A stretch of DNA of 63,459 nt, counting the filler, from Dimargaris cristalligena (Eukaryota), in the NCBI GenBank assembly GCA_003614675.1. It is 25 parts of 25 records of this genome, joined end to end, with 100 filler letters (N's around TTAATTAATTAA, not from the genome) between each part and the next. Parts side by side here need not be neighbours in the genome. Positions count along the whole stretch, not along the records: positions 35,813 to 38,248 come from ML004211.1; positions 38,349 to 40,783 come from ML004212.1; positions 40,884 to 43,316 come from ML004213.1; positions 43,417 to 45,848 come from ML004214.1; positions 45,949 to 48,377 come from ML004215.1; positions 48,478 to 50,897 come from ML004216.1; 19 more parts are not named here. One strand, 5' to 3'. Position 1 is the first letter of the stretch. Each line of letters opens with the position of its first letter. The notes beneath the pieces are model-generated. The model was given only the letters and a program-made list of their open reading frames with translations, ran no database searches and was not told the DNA's origin. Both the position numbers and the translations under genes were made by a program. This document shows, piece by piece, positions 36,119-48,889 of the stretch.

Positions 36119-36472
36119 ATCTTTCTTCTCTTTCTTTTGATTTATATCTATCACACACTAACCCTCTTCTCCGCACTCGTCACGTGATATAGGTTCGTAT
36201 ATAAGTCTCGTCGTTAGTTGATTTATTATTTTCTCATCTTTCTTCTCTTTCTTTTGATTTATATCTATCACACACTAACCCTCTTCTCCGCACTCGTCAC
36301 GTGATATAGGTTCGTATATAAGTCTCGTCGTTAGTTGATTTATTATTTTCTCATCTTTCTTCTCTTTCTTTTGATTTATATCTATCACACACTAACCCTC
36401 TTCTCCGCACTCGTCACGTGATATAGGTTCGTATATAAGTCTCGTCGTTAGTTGATTTATTATTTTCTCATC
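36119..36472 (+). repeat. Three exact tandem copies of a 117-bp unit
   Basis: CTTTCTTCTC at 36121, 36238, 36355; each unit holds GTCACGTGAT and GTATATAAG. Confidence 0.95.
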
Positions 36473-36938
36473 GGCGCTGCTTCGTCCGTCCGTTCTGGCT
36501 GTGTTGGTTTTTGACCGACCCATCCATCCTCCAAGTCGTCAACCGCTGGCCGTACCGTCATTTCGATACCACCAGTGTGTTCCCCTCGTCGAGGCCGTCC
36601 TAACGGTGTCTTGAACACTGTTGTCCGTCTTCGTTTCGTCCAACATTCCCTTCGAAATCGTCAACATCTTTGGATCTCACAACATTTCAGATCTGAATTC
36701 CCATTCGAATTTCGAATCTGGAAAACAGTCTGAGATTGAGTATCCCGCTAGACCTTCTCGACTCCCCGATCGCAACTGTCTTGTCCGTTTGGCCATTCGA
36801 GCTGCCATCCGTGAGTTATAGTTGTTTTCCGTCCCCGTGTCCCCGTGCGCGCGCGTACCTTGTCGCCGTTGTTGTTTCCTGCACCGAGTGTGCCGACCGA
36901 CCGTGACCCCCCGGGTGACCAACCGAGCTTTGGCCACC

Positions 36939-38248
36939 ATGAACTCCCCGCTCCCCCCCTCCTCCCAGATGTCTGTCAGAGACATTACTGAAGCTCGCAA
37001 TGAGCTTATCGAGCAATGGCGCACCATGTACCTTGCTGAGCTGCCCTGTCCGAACGCCGAGTGCCGCAAGATTGGGCACATCACCAACCATGACCGCCTC
37101 CGCTTCAACTGCACCCGATGCTTGAAGCACTTCCCCAAGATGGACTATGTCCGCGACAATGATGAGGGTGCCTTCCTGGACATTGTGTCCCAGCTCCCCA
37201 GCCCGCTCCGCCGCAAGACCGCCACCCCGCTCATGCAACTCGACTCTGAGGACAGCCAGTCTGACTCCTCCCCCACCACTACTGCTGCCCCCGCCCCCCG
37301 CTTCCCCCTCCGTGCCATGCCCCCATCTACCAAGAGCACCGGCCTGCTCCTCACCACCAGCTCCAAGCGTCGCCTTGACCAGGTCACCAGCCCCAGCCCC
37401 CGTCCTGCCCAGCCCACCCAACTGCGCATCCTGACCAAGTCCCCTGTCCAGCCGCAAAACGAGTTCCTGCTTCGCCTCATTGAGGACATGAAGCTCGAGA
37501 AGACCGCCCTCCTCGAACAGATCTCCAGCCTCACCAAACAGGTTGAGGCCCTTACTGCTGCCGTTACCGGTCGCACCCATGCTGCCGCCCCCACTGCTGC
37601 CCCCGCCGAGCCCACCGAGGCTGCCCCTGCTGACCAGGCCACCACCACCACCACCATGTCCGCAACCCCCGCTCCCGAGCCTACCAAGAAGACTGACCAG
37701 GCTCCCCGTAAGCCCACCGCCCCCCACCGCCAGTCCTACGCTGAAGCTGTTGCCAAGCGCGGCCTCACCGGTGAAGACCTCGACAAGGGTATCAAAGCCC
37801 TCAAGGCCCTCCGCTCCCGCCCCAAGCCCCGCAACCCCCTCAAGCCCGTCCTGGTGTATGTCCAGGGCATTGGCCGCATGCGTATCTCTGAGCTACGCAA
37901 GCACCTTGGCGACCTCCGGTTCCGAAAGTCCGCCATCCTCAACATCTCCTTCCTGGGAGCCCGCACCGCAGAGTTCCTCATCACTGCCGAGTACCAGTAC
38001 GCCTTCGAGAAGTCCATCAACAACTTCGCTGACTCCGCCGGGTGGAGGATCCTGTCTGGATTCTCTGCTGCCAAAGCTGCCGACCCTAAGGCCTCTGCCG
38101 AGATGGTCCAGGGTGTGAAAGAGGCCTTTGTCCGACGTGCCCACCGCATCATGGAAACGGCCAAGAACTCCTTGGTTACCGACACCTTCCGCGACCTGCT
38201 TGTTGAGAGTGGCCTGCCACTGCCCGAGCCGAAGCCTGCCACCCCCAA
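36939..38248 (+). CDS. Probable non-LTR (LINE) retrotransposon ORF1, cut by contig end
   Basis: CxxxxC..CxxC, coiled coil, SYAEAV, then VYVQG..RMRISELRKHL..AILNISF..AEFLI, homologous in pattern to 51611-52696 and to ORF1s I recall from Mucorales LINEs. Confidence 0.62.
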
Positions 38249-38348
38249 NNNNNNNNNNNNNNNNNNNNNNNNNNNNNNNNNNNNNNNNNNNNTTAATTAA
38301 TTAANNNNNNNNNNNNNNNNNNNNNNNNNNNNNNNNNNNNNNNNNNNN

Positions 38349-38434
38349 TCGGTGGGATGTTTATTTTCAACCAGTAGTATTTGCCTCATCAAATGGATTT
38401 TTCGTTATACAGCCTTGCTGAACTACTCCCATAT
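38349..38434 (+). mobile_element. Partial MITE-like copy, probably within a kinase intron
   Basis: Matches 3' part of 59503-59646. Confidence 0.72.
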
Positions 38435-38581
38435 GTATATATTGCCTCTCACTTTGCAGTACCTGCTGGGAAATCCCGAATAGCATCTAACTATATTCGT
38501 TACTCATGCCCTTTGGTTACATCCTTTATTCCTAACTACCGGCACCGCTTGGCTCCCTCCTCAATCCAAATCGTACGCTAG

Positions 38582-40337
38582 GCCATGTTGCTTTGACCGA
38601 TTTTAATATTGCCACCAAACTCAAAAGTGGCCTATTGAAGTCACGCTCGGGAACCTATTGTTATATGGGTAAGTAGATCACCATGGGTCCTTTCGTCAAT
38701 CTTCACAACGACTTATTCATACTGATTTAGAGCATTAATCTAGAATGCCCGGCTAGATGTAATGGTAATAACAATTATTAACCTGGCTATTGCATTGTTT
38801 TTTCCGCCATGTCCTCCACTTCTTGTCTTGGTGAACGTTACGCAGCCCCCGAGATCTTAGGCGACCGGGGGTATTCAAGTAGTGTAGATTGGTGGTCGTT
38901 GGGTGTGTTATTTTACGAACTCGTTTACGGAAAAGTAAGTTTTGATTTACGTACAATCATTTATACACTAGCGAGTGATCGACCGGTTACACGGCCCAAT
39001 TTACACATGACCTTTTCCCCAGGATACCAACTAATCCTTCTATAAGCCTTATGTTTATTTTTTGTTGGCTATATCCACCCTTTGGTTGGACTCCACAGCG
39101 CCCATTTCCCCAAGAAGATGCCCGAAAACTAAAGAATGCGATCCTAGGCGAGACCATTCGGTTCCCCACTCAAACCACCGTGAATTACTCGCCTGATTGT
39201 ATATCCGCTGTTCAAGGGGTAAGTACCTTGAATCACCCAGCTTCACGCTTCTTCCCAGGAGGGGGTGTGTGGCACCAACCCCCCCTGAGCCCTGTCAGTC
39301 ACTTTGGCCAGAAAATGAATGAAGCTATACACACACCAGAATTTATTTATTTATTAGTCCGTCTATTCAAAAGACCCTTCTATTCCATTGCAAATACTAA
39401 TATCCGGCACATTGCGCGTTACATGACCATTTGTTATCACCGTACTTTTTAGTTCCTAGAGCGGGATGTTACAAAGCGGCTAGGTTGCGGGCCGGACGGA
39501 TTTGCGCGGATCAAGGAACATCCATTTTTCCGCAACATAGATTGGGATCGCTTGGAGCGGAGAGAAATCAGCCCCCCGTTTGTGCCCGATGTAAGTTTGG
39601 CAGGTTTGGTCTTGGGGACTATTGGAATTGATAAATGGCCACGGGATGTCGTATCCAACTCCTACTTTTGATATTCATTTTTCCCGTTACATTTCTCATT
39701 TCCCAACGCGCCCTGATGAAATCCATCCTAATAGGCTGACCGGTCCAACTTCGATATCACATACGATCTAGAGGAACTCCTTTTGGAGCAGAATCCCCTG
39801 GAAGGCCGTCCCCGTAAGCGGAAACATGACCCTAAACAGAAGCAAACCCAAGAAATGGAATTGATTGAGCGAAAGTTCCGCCATTTCGACTATTTACAAT
39901 ACGAGCGGTACCAGGGGTATGTCGATCCGGTCAATAAATGCGTGGGCCAGCCCCCGGCATGGGTGAAGCCGCTCGACGGCCATGAGGGAGGTCCACCCAC
40001 GAGCCCGACGGCGAACGGACTAGGCCTCGGGGCCCGCAGAGGTCCCATTAATAAGGCCAGTGGGCCGTACCGACATTCGCGGCAGCGGGCGCCTTCCCAC
40101 GGGGCCGAAGATATGGCCAGCGTCCCTTACATGGAGGTGCAGCCCAAGTCCAGTGTCATTGGCCATTTTGGGCTGATGTTCCGGAGCAAACACAAGAAGA
40201 GCGGGGCGCGCGGGGCCCAGGGGGTCCAGAGTAGTCCCAGCCCCAAGAGTCCCTTCTTCGTGGGCCATTCTACCAAAAACCGGGCGGTTCATCCGAATCT
40301 ATCTACGCCAGGTCGTCAGCCGCGACGGCACCCATGA
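38582..40337 (+). CDS. AGC kinase, STK32/YANK-like, 5'-truncated; exons 38582-38668, 38846-38934, 39099-39218, 39453-39590, 39735-40337
   Basis: GT-AG splicing gives [80 protein letters not shown] for DFG and the LEELLL tail fit YANK. Confidence 0.9.
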
Positions 40338-40883
40338 CCCCCCTGCGAGTGGTTGGCTGTCCTTTACCATGTCTTGATATATATATATATATATATATAT
40401 TGGTTTATTTTAATTTTTAATTTTAATTATTTCTGTTCCGTTCCTTTTTTGCTTTTTGCGTATTTTGAATTGCTATGATGGGTGCCCTCAAGTAATGCTA
40501 GTCCAGTGGGCCTGTTTTCATGCCGTTTGCAAATGAGAAATCGTTTATGTTTGTGTGTATGTATATAAAGTGGGGTGAGAGTTCACATGGGTCAGAGTGC
40601 CAATCGCCCGGGGATTGGGTGTGTGAGCTCCTCACTCAGAAGTTGGCATTTTAATGTTGTAAAGATGGGATATGATTGAAGGGCCTGTTGCATGGAGGGG
40701 TGGTATTATTTAGAGTAAGAAAGGGGGTATGGGTGGAAGTAATCAGAACTGTCAAACGGGCATAAAGGGTATATATATTATAANNNNNNNNNNNNNNNNN
40801 NNNNNNNNNNNNNNNNNNNNNNNNNNNTTAATTAATTAANNNNNNNNNNNNNNNNNNNNNNNNNNNNNNNNNNNNNNNNNNNN

Positions 40884-41290
40884 TCGAGATGTCAGTGTGG
40901 ATTCTGGTGCATCTTTCCGTGCTGGTTCGAATGAGCTATTGCTCGTCTCGATTGGACAAGTAGCCGAGCAGCTATGAGCACACACCTGATTTGGCAGGCA
41001 CATGCAGTGAAAAATGAGATTCCTAGGAGGCCATGCTACTCGAGATGTCAGTGTGGATTCTGGTGCATCTTTCCGTGCTGGTTCGAATGAGCTATTGCTC
41101 GTCTCGATTGGACAAGTAGCCGAGCAGCTATGAGCACACACCTGATTTGGCAGGCACATGCAGTGAAAAATGAGATTCCTAGGAGGCCATGCTGCTCGAG
41201 ATGTCAGTGTGGATTCTGGTGCATCTTTCCGTGCTGGTTCGAATGAGCTACTGCTCGTCGCGATCGGACAAGTAGCCGAGCAGCTAGGAG
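40884..41290 (+). repeat. 156-bp tandem array (about 2.6 units visible)
   Basis: TCGAGATGTCAGTGTGG at 40884, 41040, 41196. Confidence 0.95.
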
Positions 41291-41565
41291 CAAATTACTG
41301 TGTACTTTAATGCAGCGCAATGGTCATCACTAGTAGCTTTTATTTCAACCATTACATTTCATTGCTAATACATAGAACTAGATACATATAGCTTCACGAG
41401 CATAGAAGCTACACTTCCAATACATACATTATAGAGATTGTAATGATTACATTTATTACATATGTGTTGTATGATGTTAAAGTAACAACTACCAGGCGAA
41501 ACCTGAATTAGCATGCACTAACCAGTGCACTATGGCTACTATCAATTGACATGTACATGTATCAT
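41196..41565 (+). repeat. Left arm of 370-bp inverted repeat flanking GAR1
   Basis: Reverse complement of 42947-43316 with scattered mismatches. Confidence 0.95.
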
Positions 41566-41863
41566 AATGCCATCTAATACTTCCTGTTGCCTTTATGATC
41601 AATGTGTGTGCTATACAGCGAACAAGTATAGTGGCATGCTTGCTGCTACTTGTTGATGACTCCGCACACATTCCAGTTGGCGCAAATGGTGAAGGATCTT
41701 TTTTTGCTTTTTTTTGCTAGTTGATTGCCCTCGCTTTTTCTCTTACCGTTGGCAGTCCAGCACGATCGGCGCTTTCTTTACTCTTTTGCTCTTCTTCCAC
41801 GACATCGACACCGATCTCACTCTGTAACGACGCCCGTTATTGTTTGATCAACACGCACATAAT

Positions 41864-42812
41864 ATGGCTTTTGGTAATCGTGGCGGATTTCGTGGCGGTC
41901 GTGGAGGCGGTGGCGGGTTCCGCGGCGGTAAGCAGCCCAGTGGGCGGCGGTGCTACACTGATCAGCAGCAAGCTAACCACGCGCACGCTGTATGCCTGTA
42001 TGGACTGTCTAGGCCGTGGCGGTGGTGCAGGCGGCTTTTCGGCTGGCCCGCCCGACACAGTGACGGGTAAGTTGCGCGCGCGCTAGCTAGCATTGAACAT
42101 GAAGCATTGATATGGCTCCTATGCGGCGTATGCTGCCATATCTCCGCCTGTAGAGATGGGCGCGTTCATGCATCCTTGCGAAGGCGAGATGGTGTGCAAG
42201 TCGACCAACGCCAAGATCCCCTACTTCAATGCGCCCATCTACCTCGAGAACAAGACGCAGATCGGCAAGGTCGACGAGATCCTCGGCCCGATGAACGAGG
42301 TCTACTTCACCGTCAAGCTGCAGGATGGCGTCGTGGCCGGCTCGTTCAAGACCGACGACAAAGTGTTCATCGCGCCCGACAAGCTACTGCCCCTGGAGCG
42401 CTTCCTGCCCAAGCCGAAGCTCACGAAAGGTAAGCGATTGTCCTGAACATGGGCACTGGATGGCTTACTCTACTGCGTGTTCTATGTAGTTGAGAAATCG
42501 GCACGCGGTGGCGGTCGTGGCGGCGCTGGTCGTGGCGGCAGCCGTGGCGGTAAGTATGCTAGTGGCGGCCCTATGTGCACTGCCATGATGGGCGTGGTTC
42601 CTTCCCCGCTAATGATCGTGCCATGATGCTGCACACTAGGTCGTGGCGGCGGTGGCTTCCGTGGTGGACGTGGCGGTGGCTTCGGCGGCGGCGGTCGTGG
42701 TGGTGGCCGTGGTGGATTCGGCGGTGGCTTCCGCGGTGGTCGCGGTGGTGGTGCTCCTCGCGGCCGAGGTGGCTTCCGTGGCGGCCGTGGCGGTGGTCGC
42801 GGCGGCTACTAG
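41864..42812 (+). CDS. GAR1: H/ACA snoRNP subunit Gar1; exons 41864-41927, 42013-42066, 42154-42429, 42490-42549, 42640-42812
   Basis: RGG-rich ends; core [53 protein letters not shown]...[13 protein letters not shown]; all introns GTAAG..TAG and frame-consistent. Confidence 0.97.
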
Positions 42813-42946
42813 ATTGATTTATTCGCGTTTGCTTTTACTCTATGTCACACTTGCCGAGGACGACAAGCATCTTTGTTGGTTGCTACACTACGTGCTGCAG
42901 AATAAATCGACTAAAAATAGCCCAGTATGGCAGGCAATGCCAGGTA

Positions 42947-43316
42947 ATGATGCATGTACATGTCAATTGATAGTAGCCATAGTGCACTGGTTAGTACATG
43001 CTAATTCAGGTTTCGCCTGGTAGTTGTTACTTTAACATCATACAACACATATGTAATAAATGTAATCATTACAATCTCTATAATGTATGTATTGGAAGTG
43101 TAGCTTCTATGCTCGTGAAGCTATATGTATCTAGTTCTATGTATTAGCAATGAAATGTAATGGCTGAAATAAAAGCTACTGGTGGTGACCATTGCGCTAC
43201 ATACATGTGCACAGTAATACGCTCATAGCTGCTCGTCTACTTGTCCAATCGAGACGAGCAATAGCTCATTCGAACCAGCACGGAAAGATGCACCAGAATC
43301 CACACTGACATCTCGA
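42947..43316 (-). repeat. Right arm of 370-bp inverted repeat, ending inside the 156-bp unit
   Basis: Reverse complement of 41196-41565. Confidence 0.95.
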
Positions 43317-44549
43317 NNNNNNNNNNNNNNNNNNNNNNNNNNNNNNNNNNNNNNNNNNNNTTAATTAATTAANNNNNNNNNNNNNNNNNNNNNNNNNNNN
43401 NNNNNNNNNNNNNNNNACCCTGTGGTAGTAGTAGTCTAGGATCCTCGGCCCCAGCGTCATCACATCAGCGGCCGTGGATACAACAGTATCATTAACCGGA
43501 ACACGGGTGATATTGCTACCTCCCATAACCACGGTTCGACCATCTTGGTCCACGGTCACTACTGGTCCCGACGGAGACAGTAGCGACTTGGCCTCAGTGG
43601 AATTACACAGACTATTTTTAACAATATTGACCTAGTCGGTCTTTATTTGAGGATAATTTTATTGCGTATTCTTAAAGAGTCCCCAATGTCTACTATAATT
43701 ATATAGTTCCTGTCAAATATTACGTAAGTGTAGAATTTCAAGACTTGCACTGCTCGCTTTGCACCCCTTCGCGCATCCTCTATATGTCCATTTCTGCTGT
43801 AATCCAAACATTAGTGGTTTGGTATAAGTATCATTTATATATATACATTGTTTTTCATTTTGGGAGGTTTTCCTCTCATGTTTGCCTTTGTACCAATTTT
43901 TCGATTTTATGTTGCCCACTACTGTAATCTGGGCTATTTTAGTTCCAGTATGAATTTATATACATAGCAGCTGGTGCGCATTTGTTTATTTTCCTCCCAA
44001 ATTATCATTTTTCATCCTATTATACCTGCGCCTGCAATGGCGATTCTTCGCTGATTACTGTTGTATTTATTATTCTATATCTGATTCAACTCTACTGGTG
44101 GGTATGATTTACGTTGATTACATTTCTTTTGTACTTCGCGCCACTCCCCCCTCTCTCCTCTCCCTCGCCCGTGGCCTCGGCAATGTACTATTACTAGTAT
44201 GGTGATTTTTTTAAAAAACTTTGGTTGGATTTGTTACTATACCCTCCTTTTCTTGGTTTTAGGAATATAATGATTTTACTTGATTTTGCATTCGCTGGCT
44301 CAATTTTTGAAGAAGTACGATAACGCAATGCCTCAGTGGAAACATTCAATTAAAGGGTGCCTTTAATTTGGAGATGTTGTTTTTGTAATAGGAAATGAGC
44401 AGGGTATTGGTGGTTTCTGTATATGTGGCGAATTAGCCTTGTCTCACGGACTATACACAGCCGGGTGAGTACATTGCCTATTATTATTAAGTTTGGGATA
44501 CCAGTATATTGATTGACAGTAGCCAGAGAATTTGATGTGGTTAAATCCA

Positions 44550-44796
44550 CGCTTATTAGTACAAATGTCATGCCGAGACCCGGTGGACCAGTTAGGTTGG
44601 GGATTACGTCATTGAGGGAAAAAGCCGGGAAACTCGGTGGGAGGTTCAAATCACTATCAGGGACCTCATTATTGGTGGGTTGTAGTGAGACCAACAGTGG
44701 GGTCGTAGGGGTGCTTTGCGGTGAGAAAGACATTGTGGGTATTTTTACAGATTTATTTACTAAAAAAAAAGTAGAGCAATATGAAAATAATAGACT
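44550..44796 (+). repeat. Interspersed repeat, second copy at about 53170-53415
   Basis: Shared CCGAGACCCGGTGGACC.GTTAGGT...GCGGTGAGAAAGACATTG...GAGCAATATGAAAATAATAGACT. Confidence 0.75.
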
Positions 44797-47700
44797 AGGT
44801 AAGATATAAGAGAATTGAAATAATGTGTGAGGAAAATTGGCTAATTCGGGGTTTATAAGAAATGAGAAATATATATAAAACTATAAACAACTGGCTGGGG
44901 TATAACTTGCTTCATTACACTTCACTTGGACTTGGCTTGCTTTCTCAATTCAGTGGAACTGCGGTGTTTTATAGGCAAAGGAAAACAAGGAATGGTAGAA
45001 TGTTGGGTTAGGTCAGAACTCTGCTATGGCTAACTGTACTCGGTGGAATGATGTTTGGATAAAGTTGATAGATGCAATGAGTATTGGTATTTGATGAATA
45101 ATTGGTTTTACGGGATTAATTGATAGTGTATGATTAAAGGAGCTGTCCTTTACATTGAAAAATGGATTACAATCAGTAAAGGAATCAGACAATTAATTAA
45201 CCTCTCAGCTACATGCACTCTGCAGCACCACACAAACAGCAATAGTATGCCTCAAAGCAAATTGAGAGCTAAATCCCAATAACTTAAGGTACAATGTTTA
45301 ATGTTTAACAATTTGGGCACCCACACATACTATCAAAGATTTTGTCTAAAATCATTTGAGTTGTTCTCTAGCTATACATAATGGAATGGGCCAGTTTGGT
45401 GAATTGAAATCACTCTCTTTTTTTACTTGTATTTCCTTTTTTAAAAATGTTATTACTGCATTTCCTGCTATAGATTGCCTCATTATTGACAGTCAATGTA
45501 TCCTGCTAGAGGGAGTGAACTGCCAGGGTAGGGAATAGAGAAATAGAAGATGAAGGAAAGGAGTGGAAATACAGTGATAGTAGCATAATTAAGAGTATAA
45601 TAGTCATATTATTTAATGGTATTAGGGAAACCAAGTGATGTTTATTGGACCATCTAATCCTCCTTAATCCAGACACCTTAGTATCTATCCCTATTAGGCC
45701 TTATAGTACCATATTAACCTTCCCATAGTCATTGTAAAGAACTGAAATCAAATCCTTGAAAACTAAACTTTATTTGAAAAGATAGATAATAAGAAGGGAA
45801 AGGTGATGATAGACTTGCTGTTCCAAGAGGTGGCAGCAAGGGGGAGTANNNNNNNNNNNNNNNNNNNNNNNNNNNNNNNNNNNNNNNNNNNNTTAATTAA
45901 TTAANNNNNNNNNNNNNNNNNNNNNNNNNNNNNNNNNNNNNNNNNNNNAACTGGATATACCAGACAAAAAAGCCACTTCATACCTTGTATATAAATATAA
46001 TAAGTAAATAATAATTGTGCATACCTGTGGCAATTTAAGGGGACACTTCACCTTGCCACACCGTCGCCGGAGTTTGGACGATCCACGATGGCGGAGTTTT
46101 TAACAGAACGGTCGAAGGTAAAACAATATAAGATGACTAGTAAAAGGTGAAATCTTGACCTCCGGTTGAGGTCTTCGATTACTGCTGGGGTAAAACTGCT
46201 GGGTGAAGTTAAAGGTAGATATTTATTCTGATTAATAAAAACTTATCTCGGTGATAACTTGCCGTTTTAAGGGCCGGCTTGGTGCTATATATATATGTAA
46301 ATGCGTAGATGTGGACATAAACTCATACTAAGACTTTCAGACATCGTCCGCAGATGGACTAACCGCCATAAAACCGCGAAGGGAAAAACTGGCGAGGTCT
46401 TCGAGTTCAACGAATAGCGGAAAAGGAAGGAAGGAAAAATAATGGAAATTGGAGGATAAAAGATGTCTCGGATCTTCCAACGTTCTCATGTGAACAGTAT
46501 ATATATATATACGTACGTGGAAGCCTTAAGTTCCACTCGTAGGCCTCGGAGTGGTCAATCAATGAGGGCGGAGTTATTCACATTTACTGACAAGGAAGCG
46601 GAAAAGAACTCGTTTTCGGATGAGGATTAACCAACATAGGTCTTCCGAATACTCATGCAAGGGTGCAACTGTGGGATACGCGGGAATCACACAACGAAGG
46701 TTGCGACTAGTTTGTCCTGTAGAGAGAGGAATCCATTCTGACCCATGTCAGTACACTCATCACCGAATTACTTTCTGAAACTACGAAACACGGAGAAGCC
46801 ATGGTTGCGGGACATGTGAGGGTTGAGTTTACCAATACCATCATCTGCTGACTCAATGATAAACTTTCCGACTATCAAACCACAGCTGAAGAAGCGACCT
46901 CTGTTAATGAGGACCAGTCTAAGACCAACGATCCGAAGGTCATTATGGATCCGTCATAAATGGCGTTGGCATTAAAAATTGTCAACGACGAGTGTCGCCA
47001 TATACAATTTGACCAACTGTCCAAACCACAGCTATCCCGTGCATTCCCGCTGATTGGATTTGCCCTTGATAGCAATACTAAGCATCTCTTTGAGGTCATC
47101 AATATATTATCCGGGCTGGTTATTCCAGAATATAGCTTCCAAAAACCATTGGTGCCATTTGGTAATGCAATTTCTTCCAATGTGAAGCTCCTCGCCAAAC
47201 TCTCTGGCTTGGGTATGGCTAGAACTAGGGATTATACGGTGCTCTATTCCGTCATATCAGAATTCGCCGGTGCCCTGGCCACCAATAAATAGTTCGACAA
47301 ACTCAGCCAATATATTGCCAAAATTATCAAAGCAGAACTCGAGGCAGGTAAGATATATAGGTTTTTGTCCCTGATGGTCCTGGAATTCAACCTAAAGGAC
47401 TATGCAGAATGGGCTTTCAATACCTTGACTTATAATAATTACAATGCAGCCAGATGTGCCCAGCACCTGGGCTTCCACCGGGCTTACACGACGCTCACTG
47501 CCGATTTTGGCCCCCCGGAACCCGCTCCCTCTGACTGATCTCGAGTTTTGCACGGCCGAATATGGTGCTCACGGCATAATCCGCCCAATCCCCAGTCCCA
47601 ATTCAAATACTGGCACACCTCCCTCGGCATCCTTTCGGATATTCCGGCCGGCCCTGCCTAATGATATTGCACTATCCGAGTCGGCTTTCGAGGACAAGTC

Positions 47701-48536
47701 TGCGGTTGAGAATCTCATCCAATAATAAATAATAGTGGCGGGCGGCTCGGATCCTGAAATCGATTTAATTGGTCCTAGTTACCCTCTTTCTTGGCTACTC
47801 TATATCCAGAGTCCATATGTGGATCCATCCGCCTACCCTAAACGCCTCTTCACTGGCAAGTCCATTTATAGTTCGGTAATGTGTACCATCAACCACATTT
47901 TACCTAGGATGTTTTCCAGTACCTGTGCTTTACCAACTGTTCATTAGTTAGTCGTGAGGGCTGGTGTTTAAGAACCATTCGGACTTTACCCAATAGTATC
48001 TTCTTTTTTATTGGTAATTTTTTAGCTTATCTTTAATTGTACCAACGTATTTAACTATAGCTATACAAAAAACATACTCAATAAACCATTTAGGCCTAAT
48101 TGTTTGTCATGTTGCATAGTGCACAATTGGGGGAATATTACGTTTTATCGGTTTTATTAGTCCTGAAATTATTTGATATTATCGATTGGATTGCGATATG
48201 GGCAGTATCATAGGTCCCAACGAAGAACGCAATCGTCGCCGTTGAAACCGTCGGTGAACAGTTAGCCGCCGAAAAGAGATCCAGTTCGATAGCAGGAGCC
48301 ATCAATGGTGAAGGTCGCTTCGTTGATGAACGTGTGGACACCTCCATAATTATTCTCTCGGGTTCCGGCAGTACAAANNNNNNNNNNNNNNNNNNNNNNN
48401 NNNNNNNNNNNNNNNNNNNNNTTAATTAATTAANNNNNNNNNNNNNNNNNNNNNNNNNNNNNNNNNNNNNNNNNNNNAAGGGTCGGACCATTTGGCGTCA
48501 GCGGCTGCCTCTTGCACAATCATGGTATTGCTAATA

Positions 48537-48759
48537 TATTGAAGAATATATTACTATGTGTTCTTTATTCTATCCTATTTTTATCCAAATACGTTAGTTT
48601 ATTCTGTTACCATGAGATCATTCATATTAACCACTTATATTTCACCACACAGAAACTACAGTTCAATAAAACTAACCACCTAGAGGTACCTATCATCATC
48701 TAGCTGCTTTCTTCCCTTACTTCCAGTTTTATTTCCTTTATAACCTTAGTATTCCAACA
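48537..48759 (+). mobile_element. Family D solo LTR with 5-bp TSD TAATA
   Basis: TATTGAAG (eroded TGTTG)...TTCCAACA; TAATA at 48532-36 and 48760-64. Confidence 0.85.
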
Positions 48760-48889
48760 TAATATGCCTATAATAGACTGTAGTATTATTTTTGGGAGAA
48801 ATAGCCATATATAGCTGCTAAATATGAGCTTATTGGATCTGGTGGTCATGCTTGGATGTACATAAGATCTGTTCAATAAAGGTATCAGA

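Noticed and set aside
36119-36472. 117-bp and 156-bp arrays as CRISPR arrays
   Set aside because: No unique spacers, units too long, no cas genes
36700-36716. TTCGAA clusters as heat-shock elements
   Set aside because: Spacing does not fit nGAAnnTTCn
36816-38248. Gly/Pro-rich alternative-frame ORFs overlapping ORF1
   Set aside because: Shadows of C-rich codon usage
40836-41159. Cys-rich repeated ORF in the 156-bp array, and the ORF tail shared by 41489-41671 and 42643-43023
   Set aside because: Arises because the unit length is a multiple of 3 and from the inverted arms; no independent coding evidence
46745-47725. Broken coding-like ORFs
   Set aside because: No recognisable motif; cannot be assigned without a search
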